Assembly (NCBI GenBank): GCA_050084985.1
Contig: JBITNC010000001.1
Location: 204,414,001 to 204,478,000 of the forward strand
Direction of reading: 5' to 3'
DNA from: Nageia nagi
Lineage: Eukaryota > Plantae > Pinophyta
Length of the DNA: 64,000 nt
The translations under genes and the position numbers were made by a program. Below, one piece after another: positions 1-11,828 of this stretch. The notes beneath the pieces were generated by a model. It had not been told where the DNA came from. It saw only the letters and a program-made list of their open reading frames with translations, and ran no database searches. Every line of letters begins with the position of its first letter. Position 1 is the stretch's first letter.

Positions 1-400
1 AAAGGGGGCAAGACTTCTTTCCCCGCGGTCGTGCTTGTCGATGGCCTCAGTCAGATTAGAGATGCAAATTGGGCACACAATGACCAGTCAAAACATTAGA
101 GAAGATGGCTCAGATCCCACCTGGACAACTGCTCAAAGATATTCTCACTCAATCCAGAGTCGTTGAGGCCTCCATGATCTTGTACACCACTCCAATCATA
201 GAGTTCTGTCTTGAGGTAGCTAGATACTGCAACACAAAGGAGGAATCTAGAGAACCCTCTATGACACTGATGGCATCCAAATGATAGACTTCACAGTGGA
301 GGGAATAAAGAACACGTTTGCATGGAGCAACGAGGGCAAGAAAATGATTAAGGATTTCGAAAGGAGTTTGTCAACTTCATATGTCATATCAGTAGAGGCA
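1..400 (+). pseudogene. N-terminal remnant of the LTR-borne accessory ORF
   Basis: Frameshifted translation DGLSQIRDANW...EFCLEVARYC...LYDTDGIQMIDFTVEGIKNTFAWSNEG aligns with NGLATIEDTNW...ELCLEVDQHW...LCDIKGDVIIDFSLEGIKATFQWTLEG (55023-55340, -) and with 25200-25480 (+). Confidence 0.8.
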
Positions 401-496
401 AGGGAAATTTTTGTGGGCACCAACTTCGAGGAAGGCATCACTTGTGCAAACTGCAAGTCAACCACCATAATTTTTGTCATCTTCGAAAATTTTGTA

Positions 497-700
497 AATC
501 AGTTAGCCGGGAAAGTTGAGCATCAAAAGTCAACTAACCCTGCTCTAATGATCAATCAGCCGGGAAAGTTGAGCACCAAAAGTCGACTAACTCTGCACTC
601 ATGATTAGTTAGCTAGGAAAGTTGAGCACCAAAAGTCGATTAACCCTGCTCTCCTGATCAGTCAGTTTGGCAAGTAGAGCACCAAAAGTCAACTAACTTA
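497..700 (+). repeat. Tandem repeat, ~55-bp unit x ~4
   Basis: Repeated AGTTAGCCGGGAAAGTTGAGCACCAAAAGTCRACTAACCCTGC units. Confidence 0.85.
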
Positions 701-1746
701 GTCGTAGGAGGCAACTATGTAATATTTTAATATATTTTTTTATAGAATTAGGGCAACATTTGGAACCCTAGAAATTCTATAAATAGATCCCATGGGGTCA
801 CTTTTATGTAGAATGAAAGTTTGGAACCTTTTCAAAGAGTGAAAATTTTGATAAAAAGTTCAAAGTTTTTGTAAAAGGAGAAAATTGTGGAAACTTTTTT
901 GTAACTCTTTTGCAAATCTAATACAAAGTGGTTACATATTTCCTCAAGAGAATTGTCATGCGTGGAGTGGTGAATGGGTTTCATTTGTGTCTCTCTTTCA
1001 CAATTCAAATATTTTCGTTCCTTTCCTTGAAAAGTCAAGAGTTTTAAGAAAAAATAGTTTTTCAAACTCTAAAAAATATCTTGAATTGCTCTAAGTTTGC
1101 CATCTTTTGCCTTTTGCACATTTAAACAAAATGTATTCTGAATTTGTTTCTTTTCTACATCTTATTTGAAGTTTTTGTTCAAACTTGGTTCCAAAGAGCA
1201 CATTCTACTCTGTTTCCTTTGATTGTATCGTCCCCGTCCGCATACCATTGATAATTGGCCTTGCTTCTTGCTCTAGATTCAAAGCTGATTGGACAATAGT
1301 CATTCACCTTGAACTAGATTGAATGAATCGAAACTTCATAATCGATTAGAAAACGTCTCATTTTAGACAATGCTTTGTTGTAACAATCGCCTTGTGACTT
1401 AACCAGTATTGGATTATTCTCACCCTTTTCCTTTTTTTATTTGCTTATTTTATCTTTCCTTTATTCTTTTTTTTATAAAACTAGAGCAATTTTCAATCAT
1501 CGCAAAAACACCTTGTCCCTATAAAAAAACATGAGTTAACAGCCTTTACCTCTATCAAACCAATTGAGTTCATTTCCTTAACCATATAAAATTGTGCTAC
1601 TTCAACAAGAATATGAACAAACCTTGGGGTTTCAATCCTTTCAAGAGGAGGTAAGCTATGTTATCTCACCTAAATGTTGGGTGCTTTCCCCGTCTTGATC
1701 ATTTGTAGGTGATCCTAGGCCGGAAGGAAAGGTTTCCATCCCAACA

Positions 1747-3173
1747 CCTTCTTGGTGGATGATATCTCTCTCTTACTGGATCTGGTGTAATATTTGTGGA
1801 CCTTGGGTCTCATACAACAGGTTGGCAATATCCAATCTCTGATACCACTTGTGAGGATCCAAAACTATCTTCAATCAAAAACAATCAACACTAGGGTTTA
1901 TACAACCCTCAAACACCAAACGGCCACACCACAATGCAACCACAATCCCAACGATTGCCCTTTAGGGCACACAACAACTCCACAATACCAACGTGGGGCT
2001 TCCAAAACCCCCACACCTCACACAACAACAAACAATGGCCACACAATGTTGACATCAACCCCTAGGGCTTCTCCAACACCCTGCAAACCCTACGATTGCT
2101 CCACAACACAATTGAACAACACAAAGAATGCCAACGATGGGTATACAAAGCAATACAACACAAGTATGAAGTTTCCAACAACAATATATCACAATGCATG
2201 GAACATACAATGACAACACAATGCCTCAAGGGCTAACGCATGTATACAACACAATGAGATGGAACACAATGAACTGCTTGTATGGCTTGAGATACTATGA
2301 ATGAACAATGGAGATACACAAACTGATCTAGGGTTCAAACCCTCTATTTAGATCCAAATCGTAGGATTAGACTAACTCCCTCAGCTATCCGAATCCCCTC
2401 CTGCGAAGGAGTATCCTCGAACCCTGGCGACCAATGAAGGTAGAAGCTCGTCCTCAGAATTCCACCGGATGGGCTAGGTGACCCACCTAAGCCGTAGAAT
2501 GTCAGGCTTCCAACCCTGCCACTTCTCTAAACGCCTTCTAGGAATAGTTGCTCAACATCGCTAAGACTTTGTTGCCCGATCGGGACTAGTATAGAAAGTG
2601 TATGATAAGTGGTACCTCATAATGGGGCCTCATCCCCTATACATAGTCTCTCATGTACACGGATCATGCCTTGTTATCAACCCTAGCGATTTCTAATCCA
2701 TCGTTGGGGTCGACAAGTCAACCATGCCAACGTGGGGGTCATATTGGCCCAGTATGCCAACATGGGGGTCATAAAGGCCCTCAAGGTTGATGTGGGGTCC
2801 AAATGGCCTTCTAGGCTGAGGTGGGGGTTTGTAAGGTCTCATGAGCCAACGTGGGGTATGTGGGGTCCACCCAACATTGGTACACTCCTCCGTGCACCTC
2901 CAACATGCATGACACATGACTACCTTGGGATTCCCACAATCTGGGATCACCCATGAACTACACACAACACATTGGGATTCCCACATCCGGGATAACCCAT
3001 CACAACACACAACATTACTATTCAAGGGGAGACGTCCCATTACTGGGCTCACAATGGGGTCCACAGACCATAAGCTCCTACTTGAGTTACACATACACAA
3101 CATGAACATGAACAAACACTAGAATACAAAGGGCCATGATACAATTGATCATTGGCTCAAATGGGACGTCACA
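1747..3173 (-). mobile_element. Ty3/gypsy chromovirus 5' LTR (1850-3173) with tRNA-Met PBS (1836-1847); internal region interrupted by the giant element ending at 1746
   Basis: TCTCTGATACCA (reverse complement of TGGTATCAGAGA) lies next to TGTGAGGATCC. The LTR's other end is GGGACGTCACA at 3173. Shares GGGCTCACAATGGGGTC and GGGATTCCCACAATC motifs with the 32327/36621/41401 LTRs. Confidence 0.8.
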
Positions 3174-4543
3174 CCTACCCATGTAAGAAGACACAACATA
3201 TGTGATGTTTCCCTACAATCCACATCCACAATATGTTTCCTAAACCTTAAGAACTTGGCATAATCCTGTGTATTCGGAATATTTAAAAACATAAAATACT
3301 CTCTATTACGTAGGCCTTCATAAGTGGCCTCACATCTTAATCTCATAGAAACCTTCCACAAAAGGAATAGGGCAAATAAGATCATATAATATAAGGTCAT
3401 GTTGGGGGCTTTTTCTTTCCTACCCTTGCAAACTGGCAAATGGTATTGCAAGGCCTAGTGGAAAGACTCCAACACCTAAGTGGTAGGGCGTTACCCCTAC
3501 TTGCTATGAGGACTGTTTACCTCAAAGGTCAAAAAGTGAAGGATATAAGGGTTCTTGAAGGATATAGGGGTTCACTCGGGTGACTAGGTGGAGATGTTTA
3601 AAGCTGTTTCCAACTCAAATGAAATTTGTTATTCAAAGACTCGAAGGGTCTCTAATCCCGGTAAGGTTGTTTCTTAAAGAAAATAAAAAAAAAATAAAAG
3701 GATTTTGTTACGAAGGCTGCATAAAAAAAATAGAAAAATAAAGAAAAGATTTGTGAAGAGATGATGATATATGAATGGGGCTCTAGGGCAATGTTCTCAC
3801 TGACTAGTGTGAATTTTGGAGACTGGATTCGCACGGGTTTGATCTAGGTTCCACGCATTCCCGATCCGACTTGTGAGGCAACAACACGAATACATCGACA
3901 AGGGGAGCTTGAAGCTAAAGCAGTGGAAAGGTAAGATAGGACGGGGTAAGATTCAAACATGGAATGAAGTTCCTAGGTTAAACAACATATGCGAGTTCTC
4001 TCAAAAGACACTAATCCAATGTGTAGACTATAGAATGTTACAACCACACACACCACTTAAAATGTTTCAAAAGATCTACGAGCACTCTTTTGTCCACCTT
4101 TTAGAAGATTTACAAAATGATCCAAACACTTAAGATAGCATGGAGAAATAACATACAATGACATCCATAGTCTCAAATAAGAACATGCTCACTTCAATTA
4201 CTTGAAATTTATATCACAATTTGCGAAAAGGGAAACTTGCAAGTTTGAAAATTTTGTAAAAGTGTCCCAATTTGCACAAATGTCTAATCTTCCACAAAAT
4301 GAGCCCAAATGGGCTATAAATAGTCTTTAGAGCAACCCTAGATGTTGCCTTAACCCTAATTATGAGTTTCAAGAGATAATAAGTGGTGCAATCAAACATT
4401 GCCACATGGCATTACAAGATGTCCTCCAAATTTGTGGAAGCAAATCCTCATCCATCACAAATTTGGGAATTTATTAACAAATAAATAAGGCCTCCAAAAA
4501 TAACTTATGAAATATAATAAATACAAGACAACAAATATTGTGA

Positions 4544-4708
4544 CTAGACAGTTGGTGGGTCCAACGCCTCTACACGCCCTTCAAAGTCATCATCCAAGAA
4601 TTTGGCCATGAGCTCCAATCCATGTAGCATCTCTAATAGCTTCGGCCCATTCTTCACCATGTTGCGCTCTATCTTGTCGACGATCCTCATCATATCCTTC
4701 TCCCACTT
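4544..4708 (-). pseudogene. C-terminal remnant of the accessory ORF
   Basis: WEKDMMRIVDKIERNMVKNGPKLLEMLHGLELMAKFLDDDFEGRVEALDPPTV* aligns with WKAEMQKLADEVEDNVAASRPKLSKILRGVELMERFVAEGFEDRVEGLGPPLA* (52195-52357). Confidence 0.8.
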
Positions 4709-4793
4709 GGTTGACCTCAAGATGTGTGCCAGCCCAGAACCTCCTATAAAGCTATTTGTGCCCGAACGTTTGGGTTTGAATGCTCAACTTGGC

Positions 4794-6897
4794 TTGGCGC
4801 ATGGAAAAAAAGACAAAAAAGTGAATTTTTGAACCATGCGCCAACCTTGAAGGTGTGTATGCTTCCAACGTTGGGTCTCCTGCCTTCATGCTTGCTTGCC
4901 TTGATCCCTTAACTCACCCAGTAACCTGATTTTTTCTGATTTTGGGTCTTCTGGTTGGCTGAACTTATCAATTTTGATGTTTCATTTCAACTTGGACAAC
5001 TTGTGGGCTTGGCGCATGCTTCCAAAAGTCAAGTTTGTGACTTTTTGAGGCATGCGATAGCCTTGCCTGTCCACCTAGGTTGGTTGCATGGTTCAAAAAG
5101 ATAAGATTTTGTCTTTTTGAAGCATGCGCAACCTCCAATTGGCCTATTTTTCAGAGTTTGATCTTCAAGTGCTCATGTGTCAAAAAGTCAAGAATTTGTT
5201 TTTTGAGACCATGCGCCAGCCCCCTTGGGTATGCTTGAGTTGGTCTTGAGTTTTGCGGGTCCGGGACTTGTCAAATTTTCCACTTTGCTCAGACTGGCAG
5301 CCTTTCTAGGCTTGGTGCATGGTTCAAAAAGACAAGATTTTGTCTTTTTGAAGCATGCGCCAGCCTCCTGGGTGACTCATGATCATTTTCCGACCTCCGA
5401 ACTTGCTCATCTTGCCCTCCTGGCCAAGTTGCATGGTTCAAAAAGACAAGATTTTGTCTTTTCAAACCATGCGCCAGTCTTGTAGTGCCTTTGCCTTGAG
5501 TTTTTCGTGCTTACATTGATCCAAAAATTTGGATCCCTTCAACATTCAGTAATCTCCATTTCAGTGTGTTCATTGTGATTGCCTTGTCTTCAGCTTTCCG
5601 ACGCTTCTTTCGGATCGTGAATCCGAGTCCGTATGTGGAAGATATGATATTAATTCCATTTGTGTATTTTGAGAAAAATAAAAAATTAAAAAAAATAATT
5701 TTTTTTTTTTTTTTAAAAAATAATATAGTCAAATGTGTTTGGCGGCCAACCAAGGGGGGGACCCGCAGGACCACGTAGGAGGAGGTAAGATGCATGGAGT
5801 GCCTATGTGGAGTCAAACAGTGACTGCGTGGAGGATGCCATTGGGAATTGACCGCCTGTTGGAAACCGCCCGCGTGTAGAGCCGCCCATGCCCCGTCCGC
5901 CTGCCAACCAAGCACGACCGTCTGACCTCCGACCAAGCCACGCGACCGTCTGACCGCCAGCCAAACCGCCCAAACCCCCGTCTGACCGCCAGCCAAGCCG
6001 CCAGTCAACAGGAGGTTGACTTCCTCTAAGAGCGCCACGTGTCATCACCACAGTGCACCCGCCCAATGTTAGGTTTTTTTAATGTATTTTTGGTGTTTTC
6101 AAAGGTTTATGGTGATTTTTAATTCGCCTAAGGTCCTATTATTAGGCTGAGTTAATTCTGTCAGCCTGAAACAGTCCAAAGAGCGTATTATTTCGATTTC
6201 AGAGTTCATTTTGGGGAGATTTTTACAACCATTTGATCCCAAATTTGACAGGAAGATCAAGGAGGTTAATGGGTATCTGAAAATAGGTTTTGCATCTAAT
6301 TTCTTAGTTGTAATACTCTCCAGTTTTTAGCCCCCAAAATTGTATAAAAGGGGAGCAAATTGGACGTGAAAAAAAAGGAGGATTTTAGGAAAGTTGTTTT
6401 CAGTTCTTGTTGTGATTTTCAGAGCTGTGAGTGTGTTGTGAATGTGAGAGGAGGTTTTGAAGGACCATGGAGGCCTTGTAAAATGATTCCACCCATTGAT
6501 AGTAGAGAGCTTTTGAGCTGGGTGTAGCCCACACTGGGTGAACCAGGATAATTTTGCTCGTCTCTTTCTATGGTGAATGCTTTTCTCTTCTCTGTGTTTA
6601 CAATTTTTTTCCTGATTTTCCTTTACAAGCACTTAATTGTTTTAAGTGTGAATTGATCCTAAGAAAAGGTTAAATTGAAATTTTAATCTTATAGTTTATG
6701 GATCATACATTGGCTTCATTCAGCTCCCTGTGTTTGGCGCATGCCCAGGAAAGACAAGATTTTGTGTTCTGAAGGCATGCGCTGGGCTTGCAAGTGCCTA
6801 GATTCCGTTCTTGAGCCTTCCCTCCTATCTGGACGACCCCTAGGCCCAATCACATAGTTCAAAAAGACAAGATTTTGTCTTTATAAAGCATGTGCTA
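4794..6897. promoter_or_regulatory. Array of ~8 palindromic sites GCGCATG-N32-CATGCGC (six at 4794-5477, two at 6735-6897)
   Basis: Consensus TGGCGCATGGTTCAAAAAGACAAGATTTTGTCTTTTTGAAGCATGCGCCA. The CATG-to-CATG spacer is 32 nt in most copies counted (31 in one). The regulatory role is inferred. Confidence 0.6.
5511..6709 (+). mobile_element. Unclassified ~1.2-kb insertion (probable solo LTR of another family) splitting the palindrome array
   Basis: Absent from the homologous 51074-56651 copy. Contains GC-rich CCGTCTGACCGCC repeats (5900-6005) and TATAAAAGG at ~6343, and ends GGATCATACA. No clean TSD seen. Confidence 0.45.
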
Positions 6898-9627
6898 GGC
6901 CTTGGAGATGCCTAGTTTGCTTTGATCGAGCTCTAACTCTTCCTAGATTCCCTAGTTCACCTAAGATGAAGGAAGAGGCTTGAACTATAAGAAGTTGTCC
7001 ATGAATCTGGGTCTTTGAGATGCAACTTCGGTGGGATTGATGATGACAAAACGAAGTATATACATGATGCATTGAGGGTCCCCAAAATCGCAGGATTTTG
7101 GGGGATGTTGTGTTTCAGTCACAACAGGTCCATATTGACTGTCTAAAATAACTAGGATCACCAACTCGCCCTTGCAATGGACATACAGACAAGACACAAG
7201 GGAACCAACAAATGATGCTATATACCAACTGCATAGAAAACTGAAATCTAAAACTTTGTTCTTTAAGTTATCCTGTCTACCAACTGCACAAATAGCCATC
7301 GGAAGGACAGTGTTTAGGTAGTTCATGTCCGTGAAGGCTTTTAACCACAACTTGTCATGACCTGTTAATCCAGAAGCAAATGGCATGAACAATGTAACAC
7401 TGATCCTGCTCATCCAATATGGCACATTAGTCATAGTCAACAGCCTTCTGTTCAGTCTCTTAACAAAACTAGATTTGGCTTTAACATGACTGTTCAAGAA
7501 AAAAAAAAAGCATTATTTTATTATCATGAAAAAGCAGTTGCCTGGGTAATTTTGTTGGAGATTGCCTTAATCTTATCATCATATAAATAAAGTGATCCAA
7601 CAGTAAACAAGATGGTTTCTTCCTTTTATTGATAACAAAGCACATACAAGCAGAGGTCTCCATGATATCCAGTCATCTCTCATAACTCCACAAGTTATGC
7701 TATTTAAAATTCCCCTTCTCTGATAAGAATTTGTCATTTATTTTGCAATAGAACTGAGAGTTGGAAGCAGTTCAAAGGTGACATGTGCATCTGAAATCTG
7801 AATCTTATTTCTGCTTTCTGATTCCTTACAGCAAGATAAGGGAGAAGTGAAAATGTTTTTTCAGAGCTTTTAGGATTCATTTCAAGGCAAAAGATCCGAG
7901 GATTTAAAACCTGAAATACTGCAATATATTTGGAACATAGAAAGGAAATGCTAAAGATGTTTTTTGCCTATCACATCCAATGTCTGGCTAAAATCTGCCA
8001 TATGTTTCTGCAAGTATTTTGATATATGCATGTGTTGTAGAAGAACATTTCATTTGACATGAAATTTGTGGTAAATAGTTTTCTTTTCAAAAACTAAATT
8101 ACTAAGTATATCATTATAGGATTGGTCTTACTCAGCCAAATCAAGATAGAAAATATTTCAATCGATTTGGGCGTATGCTTATGCCGTCTGTGTGTTGTAT
8201 ATGTATAACTTATTTTGATAAATAACTTGCTTTTCAGATGATGGGATATTTATACGTATATATCAAAAACCTATGACTAACGAATATAATTATTTAAGTA
8301 AAAGACAAGATTATGAAATTTGGTCTTCTATGGAGTACCATAACATCATCGTAAATGTCATTCTTTATGAATATGCACCAAGATGCATAATGATAACAAA
8401 GTAGATACTTGACATGTCAGGCATTTAAAAGATGCAAACGTACACACTATATTCCAGATCCAATGCATGTGTACTGAAGTAAAACAATTTACATGCAATT
8501 TTGCGGGTCCACATATGGACATGTAAAGGGTTAATTTAAGACATACCAAGCCTTACATGATAGACTTTCATACTAAAGAGCAATAAAATGATGCGGAAGA
8601 TATCCAACTTAGAAGAATTTATTGGGTTCCTCAAGATTGAATAAGATAAAGGAACAATGTAGTATACATTATAGTTTTACCCTCATTCTGGCACACCAGG
8701 CATTCTGCCATGTAGTTCTTGGCATTCACTATAACACCTTTCTGAAAGGAATTCCTCTTAATCCTGTTAAATGCCTTTGGGAAATTTGGATGTTGTATTG
8801 GGGACTCATGTGTATCTGAGAGGATCTGTTCTTTCAATTGTGAAGTTTGACATAAATACAAACAACCCTTATAACAGAGGGTATCATCTTGTCATGCATG
8901 CTTATCTAGTACATTTTGTTCCTCTTACAGTTGTTAATTATGTTGCAGGATTGGATTGGGAGGCTTTGCTACCATTCTAGACTTGCTTCATTAACCTGTT
9001 GGGGGTTTAGACAGAAATTGAGCAGACAAGAGCCTTAGCTTCCTCTTTCCTAGAGAGTTGGTTGTCTTTGGGCACCTGCTTTACCTTTTTTGCATGCCAC
9101 AAAGATATATATCAAAAGATTTTTGCAAACTTGAATGCCTTCAAAAATGGATATTATTCTAAAAGGCTTGAAATGGAAGTTAATGACACTTTGCCATGCA
9201 AAGGGACCATTTGTGAGATAATGGCATCACCAAGAGCTCATACTGGACCAAATGAGCTATGACTAGCTGTTGATGATACTTCATATCTAATATCTTGAGT
9301 GAAGAACAAATTTTGTAAAAGGGACTGCATCATAAATTTATCTGGTAATTTATCGATGACAGGTATGAATAGCTTGTCTTTGAGCTTGATTTTGTTTAGC
9401 CTTTTATTATAGTACACAGACATCCTCTAGAATCCATCCTCCTTGGTGACCATGATTACTATCATTGAGGATACAATAATCTTGAAGAATATGATTCTTA
9501 TATCAAACATCTCTTGAATTATTTTATTTTCTCTTGCTCTTCTGGTCCTATGGAACAGATTATACTATTAGGAGAGTGGCTTCTAGGTATCAACTCAACA
9601 TGATTCTTCTCTCTTTTTGAGATGAAT

Positions 9628-10852
9628 TGTAATGTACCTTTCTAAAACATGCACAACTTTTCAATACAATTCTGCATTCATTCTTAAATTAGGGTACAAT
9701 AGTAAATGCTCATTAACCATCCAAACATGCGCTCAAGATTGAATTATAATAGTACTAACTGGATCTGATATAATGCTCATATAACGTGAAAATGACCAAA
9801 CTAGGGCAAAATTGCAGATCTGTAACATAAGAGAAATATGAATCCAAAATACTCTAAACTGCATTCATTCCCATGCACAATGAATGATAATAGCACAACA
9901 ATAATAGAAGAACATTCATTCACATATGAAGAGCAATATAAGTGTCGAATATTAATAATAATGACCAAGAATAAATATTGGCTTGTAACAAGTTCTAAGG
10001 CAAAGCCCAAGACTCTTAAAAATGCTCAACCAAGACTCTTGAAGGTTGGCACAAGACCCAAGATGGCTCCCAAGGCTGGTGCAAGACTCAATATGGCTCC
10101 AAGATCCTAGCACTAGGGCTAGAAGGTCTCCCAAGGTTGGCGCAAGCTCTCCATGTGAATGTGATTGCGAACATGCCACTTCTAGGCTAGGGAGCAGCAC
10201 TAGTCCTTAGAAGAAAGAGAGGGGAGCAACCCCAACTGTGAGATGATCCATGATCAAATGCCAAATTATGATGATCCTCAAGTGGTGAATCTTTCCTCCT
10301 TTTATAGGTGCTTTTACCTTGAAATTACCAATAATTAAACTCCTAACAAGACTCAATATGGCTCCAAGATCCTAGCACTAGGGCTAGAAGGTCTCCCAAG
10401 GTTGGCGCAAGCTCTCCATGTGAATGTGATTGCGAACATGCCACTTCTAGGCTAGGGAGCAGCACTAGTCCTTAGAAGAAAGAGAGGGGAGCAACCCCAA
10501 CTGTGAGATGATCCATGATCAAATGCCAAATTATGATGATCCTCAAGTGGTGAATCTTTCCTCCTTTTATAGGTGCTTTTACCTTGAAATTACCAATAAT
10601 TAAACTCCTAACCAACTTGGAATAAAGTAACTTTCTTCGAGTCGACTTTTCCTTGGCCACAATATTAGAATCCTAGTTTTGTAGGCGAACTTCAAAAGTC
10701 CACATCTCCTTCATTTCTTGACAAAACCATATTGACTTGTCAAATTGATTGGCAAAAGATTCTCCATCGATTCCAAAAGACAAATTGGTGATCCAAGACT
10801 TGTGATGGAAGTTATGCCTTCAAAAAGGTTTCTCAAAATTGGGGACATTACA
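9628..10852 (-). mobile_element. Solo LTR
   Basis: Termini TGTAATGTACC...GGGGACATTACA. Flanks TGAAT/CAAAT are both derivable from CGAAT by CpG deamination. The reverse complement matches 62608-63192. Confidence 0.75.
10082..10611. repeat. Direct tandem duplication, 265 bp x 2, identical by eye
   Basis: 10082-10346 equals 10347-10611 (CAAGACTCAATATGG...AATTAAACTCCTAA). Confidence 0.92.
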
Positions 10853-11828
10853 CAAATACTTGAGGGCATCTTGAAATATTTTCTTTTGCAATCAAAGGAC
10901 ATTTTATAATTTCTATGGATTCATTGGGGTGCCTCGCTTCTATGGAGCTCAATTAAGTTTTAATAGATAGCTAGAATTGGAATGCATTGACTTTGTCTGA
11001 TGATCCTATATTCCATTCATGGTTTTAACCTTCCATTATTTATTATCGCCACTTCTGCTCCAATGGCATTTTTATGGCATGCATCAGCTTTAGCCATTCA
11101 CTAATATAACCTACCAAGGCTATATTCATATGTAAATTCTGTATAATAAGGCTGCCAACTATTCAAGTCCTCCACCTAGTTAATTTTAGTTTATAAACTC
11201 TAGGTCTTTATAATATGATTATGGTTCAAAGATTAATCAAACTTTTGCGATGATCCTAAGCAACTTTTAAGATCATGGGAAAACATAAAGAATTATAAAA
11301 TGCTTTTGAAGCTTTTGTAGCCATAAAATCTTAATGAGGATGACTCTTTATGTTCTATGGTCATGGGTGTGAAACTTCATCATCCTCCATGATTTGTAGG
11401 TTTTGTAACCATATAATCTTGACTTAAGGAGGATGACTCTTATGTTCCTATGGTCATGGGTGTGAAAATTCATCATCCTCTACAATTTGTTTCCAAGAAT
11501 ATGTTCTTTTTATATTTTGCATCCATCTTAACCAGACCATCAATCATGGCAAAATATGTATAAAAGTAGTCATGAGAATAGAACCATTTGATTATCATTC
11601 ACATATATGCCATATTTTAATTATTTTAGTTTCTATTTAGCATTATTATTACATCATTATAGAGTATTGGGGTCATAATGGAATGTGATATGTTCTTTTC
11701 TTACTATGCCCTTATATCTTACATATGACTTCATTTCTATGCCATAAGCTATGGTTGAAAAGGGAGTATTCTTATCACCTACAAGTTGAATACACAACCG
11801 TTGGCAATAGTACACTAATGATAGGTTG

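Larger units (their letters stand above)
1..1746 (+). mobile_element. Right part of a giant ORF-bearing LTR-like element (copy 1; left end outside the window; internally deleted)
   Basis: Ends in ...CATCCCAACA at 1746. The subterminal block AACCTTGGGGTTTCAATCCTTTCAAGAGGAGGTAAG (~1620-1655) matches 29755-29790 of the 23112-29851 element. Carries the N-terminal piece of the same accessory ORF and a TATA-like CTATAAATA at ~777. Confidence 0.75.
3400..7126 (-). mobile_element. Giant solo-LTR-like element (family I, copy 2) with most of the accessory ORF deleted
   Basis: Termini TGTTGGGGGCTTTTTCTTTCCTACCC...TCAGTCACAACA with TSD GGTCA/GGTCC. Colinear with 51074-56651 at both ends. Confidence 0.85.
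8590..11100 (-). pseudogene. Highly degenerate Ty3/gypsy pol remnant (RT and integrase pieces), interrupted by a solo LTR at 9628-10852
   Basis: HESPIQHP...KNYMAECLVCQ (integrase HHCC region, 8680-8815) and NKIKLKDKLFIPVIDKLPD (RT N-terminus, 9340-9400). Confidence 0.65.

Noticed and set aside
1794-2213. 139-aa Thr/Asn/Gln-rich ORF
   Set aside because: Arises from the CAA/CACAA-rich strand of an LTR and spans the PBS-LTR boundary.
5511-6066. Gly/Trp-rich ORFs
   Set aside because: Translation of short GC-rich CGTCTGACCGCC repeats and homopolymer tracts.
6985-7497. 170-aa minus-strand ORF as a host gene
   Set aside because: Crosses the terminus of the 3400-7126 element and has no recognisable family motifs.
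7130-8590. Upstream TLP18.3 exon in the unique AT-rich stretch
   Set aside because: I could not find a reading frame resembling the expected preceding TPM-domain sequence; the region looks like ordinary intron.
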